Assembly: GCA_039030295.1 (NCBI GenBank)
Contig: JBCCEK010000001.1
Span: 7,633-71,632 of the forward strand
Direction of reading: 5' to 3'
DNA length: 64,000 bases
Source: Myxococcota bacterium
GTDB taxonomy: Bacteria > Myxococcota_A > Polyangia > Polyangiales > Houyiibacteriaceae
Both the position numbers and the translations under genes were made by a program. Every line of letters begins with the position of its first letter. Position 1 is the stretch's first letter. A model generated the notes under the pieces. It was not told the DNA's origin and made no database searches. It saw only the letters and a program-made list of their open reading frames with translations. Of the stretch, positions 46,111-55,580 are shown piece by piece.

Positions 46111-49100
46111 CACGGAGTCTCCTGCTTGATTGCCGGCGGAGCCACGCCGGGTCGAATCTCCATCGGCCTGCCGCGCGGGGACCTCGCGAACTCCCCTGGC
46201 GTGTACCCTTGGAAGGTTCGGTCTCGCGCCTGGGCCTCGGCGATGCACTCTGCGATGCGCTCGTCCCCGTATGCCTGTAAGCGGTCGATCGCGGTTTGGG
46301 TGTACTGGTCGTCGAAGCTTCCTGCGCGGGCGGCTCGTGCTGCCAACGCGTAGCGCGCCACGGCGAAGCACTCGATGGGCCGAACCTTCTCATCGAGCAG
46401 CTGACGCACTCGGTCTTCGACCTCGAGGCGAATGTCCTCGCGGTCATACTCGTCGAGCTTTCGAAGCTGTTTTTGCATGTCGAGCGGCATCGCGAAGGGC
46501 GCGTTCAAGACGGCCCGCGCCAGGATCTCATAGGTCCTTCCTTGCCGTACAAACGACGCGATCGTCCAGCGGGGTCTTCGGTACTCGAGGACGGGCTCGT
46601 AGCCCTCGACGATCGACTGGGCCTCGGCGCTGCCTTGGTCGATCTGCTTGGCCAAGGTGCCGGTGTAGCCCTCCATCGTTCGGGGTCGGCCGACCTTGAT
46701 CTCGTACTCCTCGAAGTCGTCGATGCGACCGTCGGCCAGAATGAAGCGCGCCTCTGCGGCGTAGCCCGCCGCAACCGAACCGGCGGGCTGGCCGGTCCGT
46801 TCGAACGCCTTGGTTACGTCCAGGAGGGCAGCCCGGTATTCACGGTTCCGACCCCGCGCCTTCTCGGATTGGGCGATGCGCCAGTACGCCTGGACCACCA
46901 ACTCTCCGGCCTGGTCGTCGTTCCCATACGCCGCGATGAAGTTGCGCATGCCTCCGATGGCCTCTGCGTAGCGCCTCTGCCGATAGGCCATCTCGCCGAT
47001 TCGGTAGAGGGCCGTACGCTTCACCTCGGGATCATCGACCGTCTCATAGACGCGTCGATAGTACTTGGTGGCCTCTTTGTACTGCTGGAGCTGCTCCAGC
47101 ATGATCGCGGAGTTCACCAAGCCGTCTGCGCGCTTCTGCTGAACGGCAGGGTCGGTCGAACTCGCGAAGCGCTGGGAGTCCGCGAGGACCCGGTAGTTCT
47201 CGACGGCCCGATCGAAATCGAAGTACCGAGCAGCGTTGTACGCGAGCTTGAAGTGCGCGTTGGCGAGGATCGCATCGAGGCTTTGTTGCTCCTCGGGATC
47301 TTCCGCCTCGCGGGGACCCACCTCGTCGATAATTCGCTGGTACAGGGTTCCTGCAGACTCGTAGCGATTGGTCGCCTCGAGCGCAAGGGCGGCGTACTCG
47401 AGTGCGATCGGGGCCTGCTTGTCGTTCGGGTTGGCATTCACGGCGCTCAGCAGCATCGTGGCGGACTGCTCGTAGAGTGCCTGCTGCTCGGCCCCGCTGG
47501 CCTGGCCCGCCTGGCGGTAGACCTCGAGCGCGTCTTGATACACGAGGGCGTTGAGGTCGGCTCCCGCCCGGCAAATCGGCTGTTCTCGGTTGGCGGCCTT
47601 GCTGCAGTCGATCGCGGCAGAACCGGCCGAGAACGTGCACCCCCGTTCCTGGATATCGGTCGCGAGGCGTCGGATCTCGGCGGAATCCTCTTCGGCGACC
47701 GCCATCGCACGTAGGTTCTCCCAGGCGACCCGGCCCGTTGCGTCAGCTTCGGGCCCTGAGCAACGCTCCTCGTAGATCCGGGTGAATCGAGACTTCGCCT
47801 GTGGCCAGTAGCCGTACCAGTAGAGAAGCAGCGCGTTGTTGTAGTCGTAGGCGGGTCGCACCCCTTCGACGTCACGCGTCGGACCGACACGGCTGAGATA
47901 GATCTCTCTCGCCCGCGCAAGGCGCTGCACCGTCGAAGGCATCGCCACCGGGGCGACCGTAGGCGGCTGTCCGACAGGCGGAGGCGCGTCTTCGCGGACG
48001 ACCAAGCGTCCCTCCTCGACGTCGCGGTCCGAGATCCGCTTGAGCGATTCGACGACCCGGCGAGCGGACTCCGACATGTACGTGTCGTCGACGTTCGAGT
48101 CTCGCACCTCGGCGTACTCGGTGGCGGCCTGCTCGTAGTCCTCGGACCAGTAGAGCGTGTCGGCGAGATTGTAGTTTAGCTCGTACCCCTGGGGGTTGTT
48201 CGGATAGCGCTCGAGGTACTCGCGATAGGCGGTCGCCGCGAGTGCGTACTCGCGTTGGGCGTCGCGGCAGAGGCGGACGTTGCGCTCTTCCACGCACTGC
48301 TGCCGGAGTCGCTGTGCGCGGGAGTGGTGATGGATGGCCGTCACGATGAGCGCGTTCTCTGCAAGCTGCTCGGCGTTCTGTTGTTCGCGGGGGTACTCCA
48401 TGTTGGCGTTCCACCACGGGCTCCCCTGGACGTACTCGGTCAACTCGCCCCGCGTCGCGATCGCTTCGTCGAACTCGTTGTGCATCTGGTGTGCCACGGC
48501 GACGTCGTTGAGCACTTCTGGCGCGCGCGGGTGGTTCGGCCACTTTCGGAGGGCGAGGCGCCACGCCGCGATCGCCTCGGGATACTTGGCTTCGTCGAAG
48601 TACACCTGGCCAAGTTGGAAATAGACCTCCGGCGTCCAAGCCCGATCTTGAGGCATCAGGCTGGCGTCCTGGATTCGTTCGATCCCGGTCGCCTGACCTT
48701 CGAGCCGGTCGGCCACCTGGTTCTCGTTCCAGTCGTCGTAGGCAAATGCAATGCCGAGATACTCGATCGCTTCGGGGCGAAGCTCAGATCCCGCCCTTCC
48801 TGTCTCTCGCTCCGCGTCATCCGACCACTGAACGAGCTTCGAGAAGTTTCGAATGGCCTCGGGATAGCGGCTTGCCCGGTAGTAGGCCCAGGCGACCTTG
48901 TAGAGGGCGAGGTTGTAGTTTCGATCTTCAGGGTCTTCGAGAATTCGGTCGTATGCGGCGATCGAAAGATCGAGTGCATTCTCGCCACCGAAGTCGTCGA
49001 AGTGGTACTCGCCGATCCGAAACCAGGTCTCGCTCACGAAACGGGCATCGGGCGACGTCGGTTCGCACCCCTCGTAGGGATCGACGAACGCGCCTCCCAC

Positions 49101-49988
49101 GTTGGCACCGAGCGGCCGTCCGTCGAGGGTGAGCGCTGGGTACTTCGCAAGCTCGGCCGAGGAAGCCCCGAGAGGCGGCGGGCGCCAATCCGGGTCGTAG
49201 TCGTACTTGTTGTCGCAGACGAGGGCGAGCCAGGCCGCGACGGCCTCCTCGGGTCGACCCGACTCGTTCAGGGTGTAGCCGATCAGATAGTAGACCCCGT
49301 CCGAACGCTCGTAGTTGGGGAAGCGGCGCGCGAGTTCCTTGTAGAGTTCGATCGTCGGGTTGAAGTCGGGGGATGCCGGTAGATTGTCCTCCGCCGTCAG
49401 GTCCCCAGCCTCGCGTGCCGCCTGCGCCTCGTCGTAGAGGTCTTGGAACTCGACGGCGCTCTCCTCGAAGTACAGCTCGCCGAGCCGGAACATCGCGTCG
49501 GGCGTGTAGCCAGGCTCGTTGGGATAGGCCTCGATGAAGCGCTCGAACGCCTCGATCGCCTCACGTCGAGCGTCGTTGAACGCTTGGTCCTCGGCCTCGA
49601 TCTGAACCCCATACCAACGGTCGCGGGCGCGTCGTTGCTGGAGGTACTCCCGGCGCACCAAGGAGGTGACCGTGTCTCGGAAAGTTCCCCCACTCTCCGA
49701 GAAGCGTCCGACCTCTTCCTCGAGCTGGCGGAGCGCATCGAGCTGCGCCGCGGTCGGCGAAGGTCGTTCGTCGACGACGCGCTTCTTCGTGTCCTGAAGA
49801 AAGGGCGGGAGGGTCGTATCGGTCGCGCCCTCCCAAGGGGTGGCGTCAACATCTTCGGTCCGAGGCGCGTCTCGATCCACGTCGGGCGCGCTCTTCTCTT
49901 CGGGCTCTTGGGCAACCGCGGTCGAGGTGCTTGCGCAGAGCGCCCCCGCAGTGAGCAGGACCAGAACCGCCGAACGTAGCCCGTTCAT
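46110..49988 (-). CDS. giant periplasmic TPR protein (GltD/AgmU/NfsD-like)
   Basis: 1292 aa with a signal peptide (VLVLLTAGALCASTSTAVAQ) and TPR-like helical repeats throughout (many ..A...Y......P.... units). Confidence 0.6.
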   Translation of the reverse strand: MNGLRSAVLVLLTAGALCASTSTAVAQEPEEKSAPDVDRDAPRTEDVDATPWEGATDTTLPPFLQDTKKRVVDERPSPTAAQLDALRQLEEEVGRFSESGGTFRDTVTSLVRREYLQQRRARDRWYGVQIEAEDQAFNDARREAIEAFERFIEAYPNEPGYTPDAMFRLGELYFEESAVEFQDLYDEAQAAREAGDLTAEDNLPASPDFNPTIELYKELARRFPNYERSDGVYYLIGYTLNESGRPEEAVAAWLALVCDNKYDYDPDWRPPPLGASSAELAKYPALTLDGRPLGANVGGAFVDPYEGCEPTSPDARFVSETWFRIGEYHFDDFGGENALDLSIAAYDRILEDPEDRNYNLALYKVAWAYYRASRYPEAIRNFSKLVQWSDDAERETGRAGSELRPEAIEYLGIAFAYDDWNENQVADRLEGQATGIERIQDASLMPQDRAWTPEVYFQLGQVYFDEAKYPEAIAAWRLALRKWPNHPRAPEVLNDVAVAHQMHNEFDEAIATRGELTEYVQGSPWWNANMEYPREQQNAEQLAENALIVTAIHHHSRAQRLRQQCVEERNVRLCRDAQREYALAATAYREYLERYPNNPQGYELNYNLADTLYWSEDYEQAATEYAEVRDSNVDDTYMSESARRVVESLKRISDRDVEEGRLVVREDAPPPVGQPPTVAPVAMPSTVQRLARAREIYLSRVGPTRDVEGVRPAYDYNNALLLYWYGYWPQAKSRFTRIYEERCSGPEADATGRVAWENLRAMAVAEEDSAEIRRLATDIQERGCTFSAGSAAIDCSKAANREQPICRAGADLNALVYQDALEVYRQAGQASGAEQQALYEQSATMLLSAVNANPNDKQAPIALEYAALALEATNRYESAGTLYQRIIDEVGPREAEDPEEQQSLDAILANAHFKLAYNAARYFDFDRAVENYRVLADSQRFASSTDPAVQQKRADGLVNSAIMLEQLQQYKEATKYYRRVYETVDDPEVKRTALYRIGEMAYRQRRYAEAIGGMRNFIAAYGNDDQAGELVVQAYWRIAQSEKARGRNREYRAALLDVTKAFERTGQPAGSVAAGYAAEARFILADGRIDDFEEYEIKVGRPRTMEGYTGTLAKQIDQGSAEAQSIVEGYEPVLEYRRPRWTIASFVRQGRTYEILARAVLNAPFAMPLDMQKQLRKLDEYDREDIRLEVEDRVRQLLDEKVRPIECFAVARYALAARAARAGSFDDQYTQTAIDRLQAYGDERIAECIAEAQARDRTFQGYTPGEFARSPRGRPMEIRPGVAPPAIKQETP

Positions 49989-52396
49989 GGTTGCCCCTCA
50001 TCGAGCTGGTCCATCACGTCGCGAAACTCGTCGTCGAGCGCTTGGATCTCACGCGCACGCTCGCGCGTCAGCGCATCGATCCGCAGGCGGCGGTCCTCTC
50101 GTTTCGCCCAGGCGACGTCGATCTTGCCCACGTCGGCACGGAGCACCAAGTCGTGAAACCGTCGGCGAATCCGTTGAAAGTTGAGATAGGTGACCGTCCC
50201 GACGACTTCCTCGGTCTCTCCTTCGAGGCCTTGGAGTGCGCGTCGGTACCGAACGAGGTTCCGGGTCTCGTCATCGACGATCAACATCATCCTCGAGACT
50301 CGTTTCTTCACCACCGCGTCGATCTCGGCATCGCGCTGGTCGAGCTTCGTCTCAATAGCGGCGATCCGTCCATGCGCGATGTCGAAGGCCGCGCCCCCGG
50401 AGCCGGTGATCTGTCGTTCTCGATCGACGATGTCGTTGAACTCCGAACGCTCGACGTCGTCCGCTTGATAGCGCTCGTCACCGACGCCGATGTGCAATCT
50501 GCCGACCTCGAGCTTTCGGCGAATCTGGACGAGTTGGTCCTCGTACTGAGCGATCTCCGCTTCGTGCTCGGCGAGTTGTGCCTCGAGCGCCGCTTGGTCG
50601 ACTTTGTTGGGGTCGACTGCGGCCATGCCGTTCTTGGACGCCACGATGCGCGCCTCGAGGCCCAAAATTTCGACGCGTAGATCCTGCAGCTGGCGCTCGA
50701 GGGCGCGAAACTTGTCGATCTCCTCGAAGTCGCGCTCGACGAATTCCTCGGTATTGACCGGCATGGCCATGACACTGGCCTGAAGCTCACGGCGTCGCGC
50801 TCGAATCCGCTCGGCTTGGGTCGTTCGTTTCGCGTCGGTCAGCGCGTTCTCCTCGCCGTCGACGTAGGCCCCTCGGAGCCGCGCGAGCCGGTTGCGGAGG
50901 GCTGTCGTCCGCTCGCGCTGTCTTCGGAGGTCGGAGAAGACCGCAAGGCCGTTCGGGGCCGCGAGGACCGCCGTGACACGAGCGGCCAGCTCATCGGTCT
51001 CCTCGACGAGTCGCTTGGCTTCGCTCAGGTCTTCGAGGACGCCGAGGGCGCGTTCGTAATCTCCCTCGACTCGCACCCAAGCTCTCGCCCGTTCGGGAAG
51101 AAACGCATCAATGTCGAAACCCTCGAGGTTTTGCCTCACAAGGTCTCGAAAGTACTGCGGCAAATCAGGGTGATCGATTTCGGTCTGATCGAGTTCTGCG
51201 CGGATCGGCCCGAACTGTTCGCGGATTTCGTCGAAAACGTCTTCGGCCTCGTTGTATCGGGCGGCGCGTGCCAGCAACTCGCCTCGGAGGACTTTGCCGT
51301 CAGCGTTGAGCGGACTTGCCGGGGCGGCGATCGACAAGACTTCGAGTGCACGCTCCGCCTGGACCGCGTCGCCCATCGCGATGTAGGTCCAAGCCAGCTC
51401 GTAGAGGGCGACGTCGAAATCCGGGGAAGTCTGCGGGACCGCCCGATACGCGTCGACTGCTTGTTCGAGCTGGCCGGTTTCGTAGTAGACCCGACCCAAG
51501 GCCAAGTAGGTAAGCTCGACCACTTCGCTTTCCGCCTCGTTGAGGGGTTCGTGCCCGAGAACCGTCCGAAACGCCGCGATGGCGTCCACGTACTCCGCGC
51601 GAAGGATGTGAATCGTCCCGACGAAGTACTTGGCGCGAAGGGAGTAACTCGTTCCGCTTGGTATGGCGAAGAAGCCCGCCCTCGCCTGCTCGAGACGGGC
51701 CATGTCGATCCCGACGATCGGTTGGTCCGTCCGCGCGTTCATCACCTGGGTGATCGGGACGGCTCGATTGTAGAGATACTTGGCCCGGTAGTAGGCCGTG
51801 GTGACCGAGAGTCCGGCTGACGGCATGGCCTCGAGCTTCGCGAAATAGGCGTCTACCCCCCGAAAGTCCTGCGTGTTGATGGAGATCTGGATCAAGCGGC
51901 TCAATGCCGGCTCGACGAACGGCGTGAAGGCCGGTTCGGCACCCCGATCGATGACCTCTTCATAGCGCCGCTTCGCGCCGAGGTTGTCGCCCGCCAAGAA
52001 GAGCGATTCGCCGAGAAGGAACAGGGCCTCAGGATAAGCGCGATGGCCAGGGTCGTGTTCGACGATGTCGGTGAAGAGAATGGCCGCCCGGAGGTAGTCC
52101 TCGAGCCGAAGGTAGAGTTCACCGTCTGTGAGGCGCTCCTCGACGAACGTATCGCTCCGAAGTGTTTCCACGCGAACGGGTTGCCGAAGGAGCCTCTCGG
52201 CATCGGACTCGACGTCGCTGAGCTGTCGACCGAGTTGATTGAGGTCCTGGGCTTGGCCTTGGACGGGGCCCCATGACAACGCGACGACGCACAAAGCCGT
52301 CGCCGTCGCACAGAGGCTCTGGTACCTCCGAGTCAAACCGCACGCCCTTCCAACTTCCGGTGAGGGCGGCGATGGAGTCGCCCCACGGCGTCGCAT
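49985..52396 (-). CDS. TPR plus long coiled-coil protein (occupies the GltC/NfsC position)
   Basis: 803 aa. N-terminal hydrophobic segment (ALCVVALSWGPVQGQAQ), TPR units in residues ~60-400, and heptad-rich Glu/Arg/Leu/Gln coiled coil in the C-terminal half. Confidence 0.5.
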   Translation of the reverse strand: MRRRGATPSPPSPEVGRACGLTRRYQSLCATATALCVVALSWGPVQGQAQDLNQLGRQLSDVESDAERLLRQPVRVETLRSDTFVEERLTDGELYLRLEDYLRAAILFTDIVEHDPGHRAYPEALFLLGESLFLAGDNLGAKRRYEEVIDRGAEPAFTPFVEPALSRLIQISINTQDFRGVDAYFAKLEAMPSAGLSVTTAYYRAKYLYNRAVPITQVMNARTDQPIVGIDMARLEQARAGFFAIPSGTSYSLRAKYFVGTIHILRAEYVDAIAAFRTVLGHEPLNEAESEVVELTYLALGRVYYETGQLEQAVDAYRAVPQTSPDFDVALYELAWTYIAMGDAVQAERALEVLSIAAPASPLNADGKVLRGELLARAARYNEAEDVFDEIREQFGPIRAELDQTEIDHPDLPQYFRDLVRQNLEGFDIDAFLPERARAWVRVEGDYERALGVLEDLSEAKRLVEETDELAARVTAVLAAPNGLAVFSDLRRQRERTTALRNRLARLRGAYVDGEENALTDAKRTTQAERIRARRRELQASVMAMPVNTEEFVERDFEEIDKFRALERQLQDLRVEILGLEARIVASKNGMAAVDPNKVDQAALEAQLAEHEAEIAQYEDQLVQIRRKLEVGRLHIGVGDERYQADDVERSEFNDIVDRERQITGSGGAAFDIAHGRIAAIETKLDQRDAEIDAVVKKRVSRMMLIVDDETRNLVRYRRALQGLEGETEEVVGTVTYLNFQRIRRRFHDLVLRADVGKIDVAWAKREDRRLRIDALTRERAREIQALDDEFRDVMDQLDEGQP

Positions 52397-53115
52397 TACC
52401 GATCGCCCTCACCCTCTGCGTCGGGGCGCGCTTGCCTCTCGATCCGCTCGATGTACCGGACCGCCGGACGCTCTTCGAGCGGTGTCGTGGGACCACCCTT
52501 TTCGTAGCCAACGACCACCACGGTGGCGACCCTTCCCTCGGGAACGGAGAAGTTGTAAGTCGACCGAACTTTGAACCGGTAGCCCTTCAGATACGAGAAC
52601 ACACCATAGCCGTGGCCGCGATACTCGAGGTTCACTGTGAGGGTGTGCTCGCCGGGGACGATGCTGCCGTTGTAGACCTCAAACTCCTTCTGTTCCCCGA
52701 GCGTTCCCTCTTCGTCGGCCTTGGTGAAGATCGGGGCGCCGTCGAGCGCGTAGGCCACCCGCACGAGCTTGAAACCGTCGGACATTCGGTTCTCATGGAT
52801 GATGACCGCTTGGCCCCCCCCAACGACGCCTTCGAGTACCGTCTCCGCCAACAACGACAGTCGCGCTTTGGATCGGAAGATCTGTTCTTTCAATTCGTTG
52901 ATGCGCTGCTCGAGGTCCCGAAGGCGGACCGCGTAGGTGCCGGCATCGATCGGTTCGGCGGCGGGCGGTGGAGACGGCTGGCTCGGCGCGGCCGAGCTGG
53001 CGCCGTCTGTGGCCTCCGGGCTCTGAACTTGCTGTTCACCGGTCTGTGCAACGCCGATAGCGGCGCTCACCGCTAGGCACGCCACAACGACAGTCAGCGC
53101 AACGATCCCGCGCAT
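52396..53115 (-). CDS. secreted protein: Pro-rich linker, short coiled coil, beta-rich C-domain; unknown function
   Basis: 239 aa with a signal peptide (IVALTVVVACLAVSAAIGVAQ), PSQPSPPPAAEP, LRDLEQRINELKEQIFRSKARL, then a beta-strand pattern (TLTVNLEYRGHGYGVFSYLKGYRFKVRSTYNFSV). First gene of the operon. Confidence 0.5.
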   Translation of the reverse strand: MRGIVALTVVVACLAVSAAIGVAQTGEQQVQSPEATDGASSAAPSQPSPPPAAEPIDAGTYAVRLRDLEQRINELKEQIFRSKARLSLLAETVLEGVVGGGQAVIIHENRMSDGFKLVRVAYALDGAPIFTKADEEGTLGEQKEFEVYNGSIVPGEHTLTVNLEYRGHGYGVFSYLKGYRFKVRSTYNFSVPEGRVATVVVVGYEKGGPTTPLEERPAVRYIERIERQARPDAEGEGDR

Positions 53116-53175
53116 CGCGATTCCCCTCTAAGTGACCACCATCTGAAGCGAAATTGCTCCGCAGTGGCTCACGCG

Positions 53176-53205
53176 CTTATACCAAAGCGCCTCCGCCCGG
53201 GTCAA
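53176..53205 (-). promoter_or_regulatory. candidate sigma-70-type promoter of the envelope operon
   Basis: The minus strand reads TTGACC (53205-53200), an 18-nt spacer, then TATAAG (53181-53176). GAGGGG lies about 8 nt before the ATG at 53115. Confidence 0.4.
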
Positions 53206-53306
53206 TGAAGGTCACCCGGATGTGTCGTGTCCGACACCCCGAGAACTCGAGCGTTGTCATCCACTTGCGGGCGAAGACCCGAAAGCGCCGAGTGCCCTCT
53301 TCAGAA

Positions 53307-54122
53307 TTAACGGGTCAGCCGGGCGAGGAGGCTCTGCCAGCGCGAACGCCGGGCAGAGGCCGGGCCTTCGGCGAGCCCTCGGGCTCGGTCGAGTGCCACG
53401 GAGAAATCACGGTGAACCTCCACCAGGTCGAGGTCGATGGCGGCTTCCCGGATCGCGGCCTGCCATCTCTCGTCGACACCAGAGAAAAGACAGACCCCGC
53501 CGAGCATCCGCACGACTTCGCCGGCAGAGGACAACGCGACCGCGCGCTCCCGACTCGCCTCGCCGAGCTGGGACACGTCCACGATGGCGATCTCGGACCC
53601 AGCCTCCAGCATCGCGCGCCCGAGGGCGTCGACTTGCTCGCGAATCACCTCCGGCTCGTGAGATCCGGTGAGAACCAGCGCGAAAACGTCTTGGTCGATC
53701 CTGATCGGACGCAAGTATCGCGTGGCCTCGAGCTCGTGCTGGAGGAGCACGCGTTCCTCTCGACCCATCACGAAGCCCTCGATCATGGCGGCGGCCGCGC
53801 GTTCCGAGAATCGCCGCGCGGGCATGGCACCGTCGTCCTCTGCCGATCGAAGCGCAAGGTGCACGATCTGCACCGCGGCGGTTGGCGTGAGGTCGAGGAG
53901 CGCCAGTCGTCGGCCGAGCAGCGTCAGGACCGTCAGGCACTCACGAAACTGGAACGACTCGTAGTCCCCTTCGGCACGCTCGCTCGCGGGCAGCTCCCGG
54001 AGCAAAGGGAGGAGCGGAGCCGTCTCCCGCACCACATCGTTAAGGTCGACTCCGCCGGTCGGCGGCTTCGTCCGTTCAAGAAGTGCGCGCAGACGTTCTT
54101 CGGGTGTTTCCGCATTCATCAC
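53307..54122 (-). CDS. STAS-domain protein (RsbR-like sensor/antagonist architecture)
   Basis: 271 aa. The C-terminal half (VFALVLTGSHEPEVIREQVDALGRAMLEAGSEIAIVDVSQLGEAS...MLGGVCLFSGVDERW) follows the STAS pattern. The N-terminal helical domain is unassigned. Confidence 0.45.
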   Translation of the reverse strand: MMNAETPEERLRALLERTKPPTGGVDLNDVVRETAPLLPLLRELPASERAEGDYESFQFRECLTVLTLLGRRLALLDLTPTAAVQIVHLALRSAEDDGAMPARRFSERAAAAMIEGFVMGREERVLLQHELEATRYLRPIRIDQDVFALVLTGSHEPEVIREQVDALGRAMLEAGSEIAIVDVSQLGEASRERAVALSSAGEVVRMLGGVCLFSGVDERWQAAIREAAIDLDLVEVHRDFSVALDRARGLAEGPASARRSRWQSLLARLTR

Positions 54123-54182
54123 GCGCGGTTGACTCTAACACTCTTTGTGGTGGGGGTTGTCCGCCGTGATATAGAACCGGAG

Positions 54183-55580
54183 ATGGCAGCCACAATCCTG
54201 GTCGTCGACGACGAGAAGAACATCCGTCGAACGCTTCGGATGGTTCTCGAGGGAGCGGGCTTCCACACGCTAGAAGCGGAATCGGCGGAGGACGGCCTCG
54301 AGACGCTGCAAAGCGGTGATGTCGACCTGGTGATCCTCGATGTTCGTCTCCCAAAGATGAACGGAATCGAGGCGCTGTCGAAGATCCGGAGCCAGCCAGA
54401 AACGCGTCGTCTGCCGGTGTTGATGGTCAGTGGGCACACGTCGCTCGCCGAGGCCGTACAGGCCGTCCAGCTCGGGGCCACCGACTTCTTCGAGAAGCCG
54501 CTCGATCGCGACCGGGTGCTGGTGAGTGTTCGCAACGCCCTCAGGACTTGGCAGCTTCAGCGCGAGGTCGAGCAGCTCCGCGCCGACGTCGAACACCGTT
54601 ACGAGATGATCGGCGAGAGCCCCGTCATGAGCAATCTCTTCGCGCAGCTCGAGAAGGTAGCACCCACGAGCGGGAGGGTCCTGATCACGGGCGAGAGCGG
54701 GACCGGGAAAGAACTGATCGCCCGCGCGATCCATCGCCTCAGTCCGCGCGCCGACAAAGCGTTCATCAAGGTCAACTGCGCGGCGATTCCCGCCGAACTG
54801 ATCGAAAGCGAACTCTTCGGCTACGAGCGCGGGGCGTTCACGGGTGCGCAAGGTCGGAAGAAGGGCATGTTCGAGCTGGCCAACGAAGGCACCCTTTTTC
54901 TCGACGAGATCGGCGACATGAGTGCCAACGCGCAAGCCAAGGTGCTCCGCGCGCTTCAGAGCGGCGAGATCTCGCGGGTCGGGAGCGAGACTGCGATTGC
55001 CGTCGACGTTCGCGTACTCGCCGCGACCAACAAGAATCTCGAGATCGAGGTGCAGGAGGGTCGGTTCCGCGAGGACCTCTTCTTCCGCCTCAACGTCGTT
55101 CCGATCGAAAGCCCGCCTTTGCGGGATCGAAAGGGGGACATCCCACTGCTCGCCAAAGGGTTCCTTCGAGAGTTCTCGCTCGCCAACGGACTTCGTGAGA
55201 AGCCGATCGACGAAGAGGTGCTCACCGTGCTCGCCGAGCGGCCCTGGCCCGGGAACGTCCGGGAGCTCCGCAACGTTGCGGAGCGAATGGCGATCCTGAG
55301 CGGTGATCGAATCACCGTGGATGATCTTCCCGCGGAGGGTGTCTTGAGTGCTGGTCGGCGACAGGAGGCGGCCAGCGTGGCGATTCCCGCGCCCCAGGAT
55401 GCCACCGGGGCGCGAATGACCCTACGGGACTATCGGAATCACGTGGAGAAGGAGTATATCCTCCAAACCCTTGATGAAGTCGGGTGGAACATCTCGAAGG
55501 CGGCCACCCTCCTCGGGGTCGAAAGGACCAATCTTCATAAGAAAATGCGGACCTATGGTATCCGTAGGGCAGAAGGATGA
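54183..55580 (+). CDS. sigma-54-dependent response regulator (NtrC family: REC-AAA+-Fis HTH)
   Basis: ATG at 54183. ILVVDDEKNIR...DLVILDVRLPKMNG, GESGTGKEL, ESELFGYERGAFTGA (GAFTGA), and a C-terminal NISKAATLLGVERTNLHKKM. Confidence 0.92.
   Translation: MAATILVVDDEKNIRRTLRMVLEGAGFHTLEAESAEDGLETLQSGDVDLVILDVRLPKMNGIEALSKIRSQPETRRLPVLMVSGHTSLAEAVQAVQLGATDFFEKPLDRDRVLVSVRNALRTWQLQREVEQLRADVEHRYEMIGESPVMSNLFAQLEKVAPTSGRVLITGESGTGKELIARAIHRLSPRADKAFIKVNCAAIPAELIESELFGYERGAFTGAQGRKKGMFELANEGTLFLDEIGDMSANAQAKVLRALQSGEISRVGSETAIAVDVRVLAATNKNLEIEVQEGRFREDLFFRLNVVPIESPPLRDRKGDIPLLAKGFLREFSLANGLREKPIDEEVLTVLAERPWPGNVRELRNVAERMAILSGDRITVDDLPAEGVLSAGRRQEAASVAIPAPQDATGARMTLRDYRNHVEKEYILQTLDEVGWNISKAATLLGVERTNLHKKMRTYGIRRAEG

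Noticed and set aside
53116-53306. Sigma-54 (-24 GG / -12 GC) promoter in front of the envelope operon, expected because of the adjacent NtrC-type activators
   Set aside because: I found no spacing-correct TGGCAC-N5-TTGC element in this spacer. The nearest TGGCAC (about 53393-53398, minus strand) lies inside the STAS gene, and its downstream GC is mis-spaced by 1 nt. A sigma-70-like TTGACC-N18-TATAAG fits instead. This was a manual scan only, so it is not exhaustive.
53154-54182. 5' extension of the NtrC-type activator ORF (808 aa)
   Set aside because: It overlaps the STAS gene on the opposite strand. The REC domain starts at the ATG at 54183 with the canonical ILVVDDE.
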